From contig JAHXIO010000033.1 in the NCBI GenBank assembly GCA_025655595.1, positions 1,569 to 65,568 of the forward strand: a stretch of DNA of 64,000 nucleotides, written 5' to 3'. The first letter of the stretch is position 1, and the number at the start of each line of letters is the position of its first letter. Both the position numbers and the translations under genes were made by a program. The notes under the pieces were generated by a model that was given only the letters and a program-made list of their open reading frames with translations, ran no database searches and had not been told where the DNA came from. Below, piece by piece: positions 1-9,017 of the stretch. This DNA is from Candidatus Thiodiazotropha sp. (ex Monitilora ramsayi) (GTDB lineage: Bacteria; Pseudomonadota; Gammaproteobacteria; Chromatiales; Chromatiaceae).

Positions 1-292
1 GGCCGCCCTATACGCGCTGATCACTCAAATCCGTGAGCGTTTCGGGTGCGGTGTCCTGATGATCTCCCACGATCTGCATCTGGTCATGGCTACCACGGAT
101 CAGGTGCTCTGCCTGAACCAGCACGTCTGCTGCTCGGGCCATCCGGAGAGTGTCAGCCAACACCCCGCCTATCTGGAGCTGTTCGGTTCGCCGGCCAGTT
201 CCAAGCTGGCGGTCTATACCCATCACCACGATCACACGCATGATATCCACGGCGATATCAAGCCTGTAGGTGAAGAGCACTCACATGGATGA
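1..292 (+). CDS. znuC: zinc ABC transporter ATP-binding protein ZnuC, C-terminal part (5' end lies outside the window)
   Basis: The frame is open from position 2. It translates as [28 protein letters not shown]..., an ABC ATPase H-loop region, followed by a His-rich tail ([18 protein letters not shown]). Its stop overlaps the start of a ZnuB-type permease (ATGGATGA). Confidence 0.85.
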   Translation, partial: AALYALITQIRERFGCGVLMISHDLHLVMATTDQVLCLNQHVCCSGHPESVSQHPAYLELFGSPASSKLAVYTHHHDHTHDIHGDIKPVGEEHSHG

Positions 293-1070
293 CTTTCTAC
301 TTCGTGCCCTGATCGCCGGTTTGGGGGTCGCCTTGGTGACAGGTCCATTGGGTGTGTTCGTAGTATGGCGGCGTATGGCCTATTTCGGTGACACCCTGGC
401 CCACTCCGCGCTGCTCGGGATCGCCTTGGGCTTTCTACTGGGCATCAACCTCAATCTCTCCGTGATCATGCTGGGAATTTTACTGGCACTGCTACTGGTG
501 GGCATGAGCAGCAACCGACAGCTGTCGCAGGACACACAACTCGGTATTCTGGCGCACGGCGCGCTGTCACTGGGCCTGGTGGTGATGGCATTTCAAAGCT
601 CGGTCAGAGTCGATCTGATGGGTTATCTCTTCGGCGACATCCTGGCGGTGACGATCACCGATCTGCTTTGGGTCTGGGGTGGTGGCCTGCTGGTGCTGCT
701 GGTCTTGATCATGATCTGGGGTCCCCTGCTCTCGCTGACTGTTCACGAAGAGCTGGCCCAGGTCGAAGGCGTACCTGTAGGCCGGATGAGGCTGATCTTC
801 ATGCTGCTCATCGCTCTGGTGATTGCTGTCTCCATGAAAATCGTCGGTGTGCTACTGATCACCTCGATGATGATTATTCCTGCGGCGGCCGCAAGGCGCT
901 TCAGCCGCACGCCGGAGCAGATGGCGGTGATAGCTGCCGCAGTCGGTGCGCTCGCCGTGGGATTAGGTCTGGCAGGTTCCTGGCACTGGGACACACCAGC
1001 CGGCCCTTCGGTTGTAGTGGCGGCGATGTTGCTGTTTGGATTGACGCAGCTGACGAAACGGCCGATATGA
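285..1070 (+). CDS. znuB: zinc ABC transporter permease ZnuB
   Basis: [49 protein letters not shown] matches the ZnuB N-terminus. The protein is polytopic and hydrophobic. The ATG at 285 is preferred over the GTG at 270 by alignment to ZnuB starts. Confidence 0.9.
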   Translation: MDDFLLRALIAGLGVALVTGPLGVFVVWRRMAYFGDTLAHSALLGIALGFLLGINLNLSVIMLGILLALLLVGMSSNRQLSQDTQLGILAHGALSLGLVVMAFQSSVRVDLMGYLFGDILAVTITDLLWVWGGGLLVLLVLIMIWGPLLSLTVHEELAQVEGVPVGRMRLIFMLLIALVIAVSMKIVGVLLITSMMIIPAAAARRFSRTPEQMAVIAAAVGALAVGLGLAGSWHWDTPAGPSVVVAAMLLFGLTQLTKRPI

Positions 1071-1106
1071 TCAGACGGGCGTAAGGTTTATTACACTCGA
1101 ATCCGT

Positions 1107-1346
1107 TTGAAGAAATACCGCAACCTGCCGGATACCACTCTTACCCGGACCGAAGTTTTGGATGAGCGTCATTGCCGCCGGGTTGCCGAACTTTTCATTC
1201 AGACTGAGGAGAACAGGGATCTACAATTAACCGTCAGTATTGGCGTTGCCACCTTCCCCGGCCATGCCTGTGACTGGGGAGTATTAGTTAAAACGGCGGA
1301 TATGGCGATGTATACCGCAAAACAAGCTGGACGCAACCAGGTATAA
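1107..1346 (+). pseudogene. 3' remnant of a GGDEF-domain diguanylate cyclase gene
   Basis: Only the C-terminal tail of a GGDEF domain is present (LTVSIGVATFPGH...KTADMAMYTAKQAGRNQV). There is no GG(D/E)EF motif and no sensor domain. The ORF begins at a TTG 37 nt after the znuB stop. Confidence 0.6.
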
Positions 1347-1441
1347 ACAGCTTGAGCAAGCCTATGGTTAAGGGCATTTAAGCTGACAGCGCGGACACAT
1401 CAAATTCATCATGAATTCACACTACCTTTAATCGAAATTCA

Positions 1442-2608
1442 TCAATTCGCCTGCCAATAGTCGGTTGCGATCCCATCGCCCAAATCAGCTTCAATGAGAC
1501 GACGCCTGACTTCGAGCAGTTTCTCGAGTAATGCCGGTTCAGCAGCTCCATATGCCTCCGCGTCCGGTACTCGCTTGACCACCACTCCCAGCAGCTCCGT
1601 GATGGCATTACCGATGGAATTCTGACTGATGGTAACGATCAGCTTACCGTCTTCGTTACGATAGATAAGCTGCTTAAATGCCGGCTGCCAGCGGATGGAG
1701 TTGGCGTACTTGGCATCGACAATACACTGATCTCTGACCCTTTTCGCCGTGGCAAGAAAATCGTTATTGAACAACAGGACACTCTCGACTTGCTCCGGAT
1801 AGTAGACATCTTTCGGCATTGGAGCATTGCGTGTGGAAACCTGGCTGAAGAAAGTACGGTAGAAATCGATAAAGCCTTCGAGAATAGCGTCATACTCGTG
1901 CCAGAAATGGATATCTTTCAGTGCATCCACACCACCCAGTATCTCCCAGCATGGCAGGCCCTTCGGATAGCCGGTCAGCTTGATATTCGATTCATCCGAA
2001 CTGATCGGTTTCAACACCTTGAGATTGAGGGCCCGATCGAAGAAATCCCGGTAAACGTCACGCATATAGGACTGAAAGAGGCTGTGTTGTCCCCCATCCG
2101 TGAGGTTCGGGTTATTGGTGTCGGCCAATTTCGCATCACGCAATTGCTGCATGGGAAATACCATGAAGTGGTTATGCAGCATGCGGATACTCGGCACACC
2201 CGGCGAGGTCAGGGGCCAGGTAGCGTCCAGGCTCGCCTCCCCCGCCAACAGCAAGTGCTCCGCTGGGTCGGGATAGGTATCCGACATGAAACCGATGATG
2301 ATCTGATTCATACGGTTCCACACGTGTCGCACGTCCTCAGGCACCTGAGTTCTCCGCACCGGTCTACCTAGCGGATTGAGTATCACCTGAGAGGTGTTGT
2401 AGATGATGGAGGTGTCGAACTCGTTGCTGTGACCCAGGGCCTTGCGATAGAGGAGAAGATTCTCCGGGTTCATCAACAGTCCGTTATTGTGAACCAAATC
2501 ATTGAGGTTTTCTGTGCTGTTGAAAAACTCATTGGGTTTCATCCCATCGGGTACATCCAGAGGGATGGGACGAAAGGGGGTGGTGATCTCGCGGGGTCCG
2601 TACTCCAT
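1442..2608 (-). CDS. hypothetical cytoplasmic protein, 388 aa, no recognisable family
   Basis: A long ORF with a strong SD (GGAGG 7 nt upstream of the ATG at 2608). I saw no signal peptide or TM segment. It contains an H-x-H segment (RMLHNHFMVFP) that I cannot assign to a family. Confidence 0.75.
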   Translation of the reverse strand: MEYGPREITTPFRPIPLDVPDGMKPNEFFNSTENLNDLVHNNGLLMNPENLLLYRKALGHSNEFDTSIIYNTSQVILNPLGRPVRRTQVPEDVRHVWNRMNQIIIGFMSDTYPDPAEHLLLAGEASLDATWPLTSPGVPSIRMLHNHFMVFPMQQLRDAKLADTNNPNLTDGGQHSLFQSYMRDVYRDFFDRALNLKVLKPISSDESNIKLTGYPKGLPCWEILGGVDALKDIHFWHEYDAILEGFIDFYRTFFSQVSTRNAPMPKDVYYPEQVESVLLFNNDFLATAKRVRDQCIVDAKYANSIRWQPAFKQLIYRNEDGKLIVTISQNSIGNAITELLGVVVKRVPDAEAYGAAEPALLEKLLEVRRRLIEADLGDGIATDYWQAN

Positions 2609-3038
2609 AAAATACCTCCAGCCAATGAAGTGCGTTAAAAGTGCTCGACAGCAGTCGCCGCTTCACCACCCTAAACAGCCAACCGGATGAAAGCAAGATC
2701 ACAGAAAACCTTATAGGCCTATTGAGCCAGTTTGCATTGAGTATGAACCCTGGCGATTTCGCTAAGAAAGTACTGATACAGATCTGACGGAGTACTGTTG
2801 GATTATCTTTATCGTTTTATTTTGTGTGGCATCATTGTGCTTTGACTAAGATGGTTAATGACAATCAATTATTAGCTTGTTATCAATGCATACAACTGAC
2901 ATAGGGGAAAACCGGGATCTAGAACCACAACATAACGATCCTCCTGCCGGCTTCCGGCCTTCGCCGGAACGACAACAATTGACCTGGGGAACAACGCCTA
3001 AAGTATTTAGCTGCGATGCGAGACTGAGATAACTGACT

Positions 3039-4361
3039 GTGATCATCATCCTCATGGGGGTCTCCGGATCCGGTAAGACAACTATCGGCAGGCAACTGGC
3101 CACTGAGTTGGGCTGGCGCTTTATTGAGGGGGATGATCACCATCCAGCGAAGAACAGAGCCAAGATGACCGCCGCTATCCCTCTCAACGATGTTGACCGT
3201 CAACCCTGGTTGGATCAACTCTCCTCGATCATAGACAGACAAATCGCTAATCGGCGTGATGCCATCGTCTCCTGCTCTGCCCTGAAACGCCAATATCGTG
3301 AACAGCTGGTACGCGATCCGGCACAGGTTCACATCGTCTATCTCCACGGAAGCTACGGCCTGATCCTGCAGAGATTGGAAAGACGTAAGGACCACTTCAT
3401 GCAACAAGAGCTACTACGGAGTCAGTTCGATGTCCTGGAGAGACCTGATGATGCAGTCACCATCATGATCGACCAGCCCCCGGCAGCAATGGTTGCTTCC
3501 ATAAGGGATTCGTTACGCCTTACTCCTGCATCTCATGAGACTCGGGTCCTGGTCGACAATTTGATGTTTCCCGAGGCCCCACGATGGCGTGACGGCTGGC
3601 TATGGTTTACCGATCAGCACGCCAGACGAATCGTCAGGGTCAATCAGGAAGGTGAATCTGATATCGTGGCGACCCTGGATGATCTGCCCGGAGGGCTGGG
3701 TTGGTTGCCGGACGGTCGTCTACTGGTGGTTTCAATGACCAGGCGGCAACTTCTTACGTTGGAAGGCTCCGCTCTGAAACCTTATGCCGACCTCTCCACT
3801 CTCGCCGCATTCCACTGCAACGATATGCTGGTGGACTCAAAAGGACGCGCTTATGTGGGTGATTTCGGCTTTGACCTGCATGGAGGTGAGGCTCAGAGAT
3901 CTGCTGAACTCATCATGGTTGAGAATAACGGCACGCCCAGGCTGGTGGCGAATGGGTTGATCTTTCCCAACGGCTGCGCTCTGACGCAGGATGGCGATAC
4001 CCTCCTGGTGGCAGAGACTTTCGCTTCCCGGATCACAGCATTTGATATCGGTGCTGACGGTAGTCTGAACCACCGGCGAATCTGGGCCGAACTGGGTGAT
4101 GCCTACCCCGACGGGATCTCGCTCGACCCGAAGGGCGATCTCTGGATTGCCGCCCCCAATCTCTCACGTCTTCTACAGGTTCGGGAAGGCGGAGAGATTC
4201 TAAGAAGCCTGACGCCATGGGGCGATCCCTATGCCTGCATGTTAGGTGGACCGGACAATAAAACCCTCTTCATCACAAGCGCGGAAACGGACGACCCGGA
4301 ACTGGCCATATCAAAACGAAGCGGACGCATCGAGTGGATCGTGCTTGAAGATCTAGGATAG
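3039..4361 (+). CDS. fusion protein: gluconokinase (GntK) N-terminal domain plus SMP-30/gluconolactonase/LRE-like C-terminal domain
   Basis: Residues 1-165 align with E. coli GntK: LMGVSGSGKTT P-loop, GDDHHP, PLNDVDRQPWL, SCSALKRQYR, HF...QF. Residues ~175-440 look like a lactonase beta-propeller: PEAPRWRDGWLWFTD, LIFPNGCALTQDGDTLLVAETFASRITAFDI. The start is a GTG at 3039; an ATG at 3054 is an alternative. Confidence 0.8.
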   Translation: MIIILMGVSGSGKTTIGRQLATELGWRFIEGDDHHPAKNRAKMTAAIPLNDVDRQPWLDQLSSIIDRQIANRRDAIVSCSALKRQYREQLVRDPAQVHIVYLHGSYGLILQRLERRKDHFMQQELLRSQFDVLERPDDAVTIMIDQPPAAMVASIRDSLRLTPASHETRVLVDNLMFPEAPRWRDGWLWFTDQHARRIVRVNQEGESDIVATLDDLPGGLGWLPDGRLLVVSMTRRQLLTLEGSALKPYADLSTLAAFHCNDMLVDSKGRAYVGDFGFDLHGGEAQRSAELIMVENNGTPRLVANGLIFPNGCALTQDGDTLLVAETFASRITAFDIGADGSLNHRRIWAELGDAYPDGISLDPKGDLWIAAPNLSRLLQVREGGEILRSLTPWGDPYACMLGGPDNKTLFITSAETDDPELAISKRSGRIEWIVLEDLG

Positions 4362-4391
4362 TTATCTGTCCCACCAGTAATATTCTCCCTG

Positions 4392-5126
4392 GTGCCGCAT
4401 GACATTGTCACACTTCAATTTTATTTGAGACCTGGAAACACAAATCAATACTACCGAATCCTGCAGCATCTGCCGAGATGGACCGCCCCAATTATTCGCA
4501 ACCTGAAAAAAGCGGCCACACGGGATAACAACCATCGGGAGGCAGCCCGTAGCGCTCTGGTCTCTCTGATGGAACCGCAACGACGAATCTCATTAGTCAT
4601 GGGAAGCGCCTGGACAAAACGCAAAATTCTCAAGCAGGCCGATGATATCCTGAATCTCACTATCGCAGAGATCGGTGATGTGATTGAAAGTGTGATTGAT
4701 CCCCTGTGTCTGGCCACTCGTATATCTGATCGATGCTACCGACTGGAAAAGCAGAGATCCATGACGGTTGAAGAAGTAATCCTGCGACATTGTGAAAATC
4801 AATCCGCACTTAAAAAGCACAGCCTGAAACCCATGTTAGCAAGGGCGACCATTTCCAGGGTGTGGCAGTTTGAACCGGAAAAGCCAAAGGGCTTGAGAGG
4901 ATCCTGTACTCGCCTGAGGAGGGAGTCGCACTCAAGCCGGGCGAGGTACTGATAGTGCCCTCCAAAGCCGCTTCATGGACTCTCCTCTATGCAAAAGCAG
5001 GAGCCCTGGTTCTTGAAACCGGCGGTGATCAACCCGCCCGATATATTTCATCAACTTAAGACTGGTGACATGGTTGAGGTAGACGGCTTTAGGAGTCAGG
5101 TCACTCTCATTGAAAATACAGACTAA
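4392..5126 (+). pseudogene. decayed 3' part of a PEP-utilising enzyme gene (PpsA/rifampicin-phosphotransferase-like swivel domain)
   Basis: Frame 1 gives ...DDILNLTIAEIGDVIE...KPKGLRGS. A shifted frame continues ILYSPEEGVALKPGEVLIVPSKAASWTLLYAKAGALVLETGG, which matches the mobile-domain pattern. The catalytic-His segment is missing (GGDQPARYISST, then a stop). A third frame ends ...LKTGDMVEVDGFRSQVTLIENTD*. No N-terminal ATP-grasp part is present. Confidence 0.55.
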
Positions 5127-5316
5127 ATTGAATGAGAAGAACTTCTTAACATGGATATCATCAGAAACCCAAGTATACCCCAATCAATCATCAACATGGT
5201 CTGTTAGAGCATTCAACCAAATCTGTCAAATAGCTAAAATCAGTGAACCGTTATGTGTGTGAATGAACAGGAATTCCGCAGATTGACCCTCTCTTTCCGC
5301 AACAAAACTTGAATCC

Positions 5317-5366
5317 TATTTCACTTATGTGAAATATTCTATTGATGACACTGCCTGACACAGGCA
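5317..5366. promoter_or_regulatory. two palindromes upstream of the H-NOX gene (candidate operator sites)
   Basis: TATTTCAC-ttat-GTGAAATA lies at 5317-5336, with 8-bp perfect arms. TGCCTG-aca-CAGGCA lies at 5352-5366. They sit about 80-130 nt upstream of the ATG at 5445. No known regulator consensus could be matched. Confidence 0.25.
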
Positions 5367-5444
5367 AATTGTGCCGTAATCCTGATCATCTACAGACAAT
5401 CATAAGAGCAGTATTAGGATTCATTTTTTACTAAAGGAAAAATT

Positions 5445-5996
5445 ATGTACGGAGTAATCATCCACTTTCTACGGGAATATGTCATTGAACGCCATGGCGG
5501 TGAAGCGACCTGGCAAGCACTGATAGAGGCTCAGGGATACAAGTACAAACTCTATTTCCCGGTTCAGGACTACCCCGATGAGGAGATCGTCGGCCTGGTG
5601 GAGACAGCTTCAAAAGCGTTGAAAACTCCCATTCCCGACGTGCTTGAGGATTTTGGTTCCTATGCAGGACCCAAACTACTCTCTTTCTACCATATGTATG
5701 TCAAGAACAAGGATATGAAGACCTTTGACGTCATTGAGACCGCAGGCGCGAATATTCACGATGTAATTCACAAACATAACCCGAACCGGAAACCGCCTCG
5801 GCTATCATCTCAGCGGGAATCAGAGAATGTCATCGTAGTCCACTACCAGTCACACCGGAAACTCTGCCCGGTGGTCAGAGGCATCATTCGTGGTCTTGGT
5901 GAGAAATTTAATGAACGGTTTGATATCAATGAAACCCAATGCATGCATGACGGTGCTGAGAAATGCATCATGCGTGTGACCAGATCGGCCTCTTAG
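5445..5996 (+). CDS. H-NOX (heme nitric oxide/oxygen-binding) domain protein, stand-alone
   Basis: It has the typical MYG start (MYGVIIHFLREYVIERHG), His residues in the proximal-ligand region (IHDVIHKH) and the Y-x-S-x-R heme-propionate motif (YQSHR). Its length is ~183 aa, and an SD (AAGGA) lies upstream. Confidence 0.85.
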   Translation: MYGVIIHFLREYVIERHGGEATWQALIEAQGYKYKLYFPVQDYPDEEIVGLVETASKALKTPIPDVLEDFGSYAGPKLLSFYHMYVKNKDMKTFDVIETAGANIHDVIHKHNPNRKPPRLSSQRESENVIVVHYQSHRKLCPVVRGIIRGLGEKFNERFDINETQCMHDGAEKCIMRVTRSAS

Positions 5997-6306
5997 GTCC
6001 TGCACTCATCAGATCGAATCAAGAACGCTTACCCCCTGGCTCGCTGACCGGGCCAGGGCATTCGGGATGGCGCTATCTTGTCTCATCAATCACTCCTTTT
6101 AATTTCACTGTTGAAAAGTAACCGGCAACTCTACCACTATTAACGCCAGTCGCTTCCAAGCAGATTTCATGAAATAAATGAAATTTTAAAGGAAGTTCTC
6201 CCACCTATACTGACAAGGGATCACGTAACATTTCTACAGATGACAGAAGTGTAATGTTAAGTTGAATGGCTTGTATCTATAGGCTATTTCATCATACTGA
6301 TGATCA

Positions 6307-9006
6307 CTACAAACCTAATGATTCATCCTCGTGCCCGAGAAAAACAGGGATATCCTTGCGATAGCGACGCATTACCAGATTTGCGAGCAGACCGGTCCAG
6401 CCTGTCTGATGGGCTGCCCCCAATCCCTGTCCAGTCTCTGCATGGAAGTACTCATAGAACAGGTTGAGTTCACTCCAGGCTTCATCGGTCTGAAACGGGC
6501 TGTCACATCTGAGCGCCGGGACCTTACCATCCTCGTCCCTTCGGTATAGATTGACCAGGCGATCAGCAATCAGGGTGGCGATATCCTGCAGATTCAGTGT
6601 CCGACCAGGCATAAATCCAACTTCATATTGAAACCCATCTCCCAGGAACCGGTGAAATTTTTCCAATGCCTGTACCAACGCATAGTTGGTAGGCATCCAG
6701 ACAGGTCCCCGCCAGTTTGAGTTGCCGCCAAACAAGCCGCTTTCCGACTCACCGGGCAGATAGCGAATGGTTGTTCGTCCGATACCGGGCAGGTCGCCCA
6801 GCTCCTGGTAGCGTTCGTGTATCTTGCTGAGGCTGCGAATACCATAAGGCGAAAGGAATTCATCTTGGTTCAGCAGACGATCGAGAATACGCGGCAACAT
6901 TGTGTGATCCACCAGCGCCAACAGGTGCTCGCCCTGTTCATTTTCCCAATCAGGGCAGGCGCAGACATAGCTGCCCTGGAAGAGACCTTTTTTATGCGCC
7001 TTCAGCATGTTTTGAAAACGCGGTACGTTTTCCAACAGCCTTCTGTCCACCACTTCCGTCGCAAACAATGGGATCAGCCCGACCCAGGAGTAGACATCGA
7101 TACGGTGGTGGGTGCCCTGGGGTGTGATTAGAAGATCCTTGAAAAAACCCTGATCCAGATCCCACAGGGAGGGACCGTTGTCATCTCCACCGCTGATCGC
7201 CTTGGCGATGGCGAGAAATTGCTCATAACACTGAATGGCGATATTTTCGTAGTCGTTGTCCTCGATCGCCAGCTCAAGGGCCATCATTGTCATGTTGAGT
7301 GCAAACATCGCCATCCAACCGGTGGCGTCCGCCTGCTTGAGGGTATGGCCCGGCAGCAATGGTTTTGAGCGATCGTAGACAGAGATATTGTCGAGCCCAA
7401 GGAAACCGCCTTCAAACAGATTCTGACCTTGCTTATCCTTACGGTTGATCCACCAGGCATAGTTGAGCAGCAGCTTATGAAACACCCGCTGCAGAAAGCG
7501 CCTGTCCCCCTCCCCCCGCTGAATCCGCTCTGCACGGTAGACCTTCAGCGTACCCCAGGCATGCACTGGCGGATTCACATCGCCGAATGACCACTCGTAC
7601 GCCGGGATCTGCCCATTGGGATGGAGATAATTCTCCCTTAACAGGACCTCAATCTGTTCTTTGGCAAAGTCTACATCCACCAGGGCCAAAGCGACACAGT
7701 GAAAAGCCAGGTCCCAGGCGGCGAACCAGGGGTATTCCCAGGCATCCGGCATCGAGAGCACATCCGCCGCTTTAAGATGCCGCCATTGATGGTTACGTGC
7801 ACTTTTTCGACTCGGGGGTACCGGCTCCCGATCCCCCTCCAGCCAGCGCTGTACATGGAAGTGGAAAAACTGCTTGCTCCAGATCATGCCAGCGAGCGCC
7901 TGGCGCATGATTCTGTGGTCCTCCACGCCTCCTTCCGGCAGTAGTTCGTCGTAGAAGATATCGGCTTCCGACCGGCGTAGGGCAAAGGTCTTTTCCATCT
8001 CACGGAATGGATGCTCAAGCGCCTCCCCACTCAGTAACAGATCGATCTTTTGTGTCTCACCGCTCTTGACTGTCAGCCGGTACCAGGCGCCAAATTTCGT
8101 TCCGGTGCTCTGCGGACTGACAGCACCTGACTCACTGTCTATGATCAGGCGGTGGAAGGCATCCTTCACAAAAGGTGTTGTTGGCAACACATCCCAAAGC
8201 CGTTTGGTGTTGGTTTCGTTATTGGTGAACAGTAGTTGCGCCTGCTGTTCACCATACAGTCGATAACAGCCTAATACAGGGTGCTCCGCCTTGACCGACC
8301 AGCTCGCGTCTGAGGTGGATGCTTCTCGTTGCAGGGATGGTTTCTCCCCCAGATCTCCCCACGACCAGGTATTGCGAAACCAGAGCTGTGGAATGATATG
8401 AAGCTCTGCGGTTTGTTCTGAGCAGTTCTTTACGTTGATGCGTATCTGGATTCTTGACGGGGAACGCTTGGCGTAGCAGACATCCACATCCCAATATCGG
8501 CCCTGATCGAATACTCCCGTATCCTGAAGGTTAAAAGGCGGATCGAGCCGGTCACGACGGCGATTCTCTTCTACCAATTCTGAATAAGGGTAAGCAGCCT
8601 GTGGATACTTGTAGAGGTAACGCAACCAACTGTGGCTGGGCAATGCATCGGTGTAAAAATAGTACTCCTTGACATCCTCTCCCCGGTTACCCTGGTTACC
8701 AGTCAGACCGAAGGCACGCTCCTTGAGAATCGGGTCCCGCCCATTCCACAGTCCCAATGCAAAGCAGAGCGTTTGCTTTTCATCACTGATGCCGGCCAGG
8801 CCATCTTCATTCCACCGGTAGGCGCGTGACCGGGCCTGGTCGTGATCGAAATACTCCCAGGCAGTACCGTGGGGACTATAGTCTTCACGCACAGTGCCCC
8901 AGGCGCGTTCGGAAAGATAAGGTCCCCAGAGTCGCCAATCAGCCTCACCGCGATGTTGCGCCTCTAAACGTTTTCTTTCCTCATTGAGTTCCTCATTCCC
9001 GCTCAC
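6307..9006 (-). CDS. GH63-like six-hairpin glucosidase (MGH1/mannosyl-oligosaccharide-glucosidase-like)
   Basis: A ~900-aa ORF resembling the large bacterial 'glucosidase' proteins of the GH63 clan. A GTG start at 9006, preceded by GGGGAG, is preferred because the longer ORF would overlap the upstream gene's 3' end by 70 nt. Confidence 0.75.
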   Translation of the reverse strand: MSGNEELNEERKRLEAQHRGEADWRLWGPYLSERAWGTVREDYSPHGTAWEYFDHDQARSRAYRWNEDGLAGISDEKQTLCFALGLWNGRDPILKERAFGLTGNQGNRGEDVKEYYFYTDALPSHSWLRYLYKYPQAAYPYSELVEENRRRDRLDPPFNLQDTGVFDQGRYWDVDVCYAKRSPSRIQIRINVKNCSEQTAELHIIPQLWFRNTWSWGDLGEKPSLQREASTSDASWSVKAEHPVLGCYRLYGEQQAQLLFTNNETNTKRLWDVLPTTPFVKDAFHRLIIDSESGAVSPQSTGTKFGAWYRLTVKSGETQKIDLLLSGEALEHPFREMEKTFALRRSEADIFYDELLPEGGVEDHRIMRQALAGMIWSKQFFHFHVQRWLEGDREPVPPSRKSARNHQWRHLKAADVLSMPDAWEYPWFAAWDLAFHCVALALVDVDFAKEQIEVLLRENYLHPNGQIPAYEWSFGDVNPPVHAWGTLKVYRAERIQRGEGDRRFLQRVFHKLLLNYAWWINRKDKQGQNLFEGGFLGLDNISVYDRSKPLLPGHTLKQADATGWMAMFALNMTMMALELAIEDNDYENIAIQCYEQFLAIAKAISGGDDNGPSLWDLDQGFFKDLLITPQGTHHRIDVYSWVGLIPLFATEVVDRRLLENVPRFQNMLKAHKKGLFQGSYVCACPDWENEQGEHLLALVDHTMLPRILDRLLNQDEFLSPYGIRSLSKIHERYQELGDLPGIGRTTIRYLPGESESGLFGGNSNWRGPVWMPTNYALVQALEKFHRFLGDGFQYEVGFMPGRTLNLQDIATLIADRLVNLYRRDEDGKVPALRCDSPFQTDEAWSELNLFYEYFHAETGQGLGAAHQTGWTGLLANLVMRRYRKDIPVFLGHEDESLGL

Positions 9007-9017
9007 AACCACTCCCC

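Noticed and set aside
6164-6184. The ATTTCAT-N7-ATGAAAT palindrome downstream of H-NOX as a second operator or terminal repeat.
   Set aside because: It is only 7 bp, very AT-rich, and its spacing differs from the upstream site, so a chance occurrence is plausible. It is mentioned under the H-NOX finding only.
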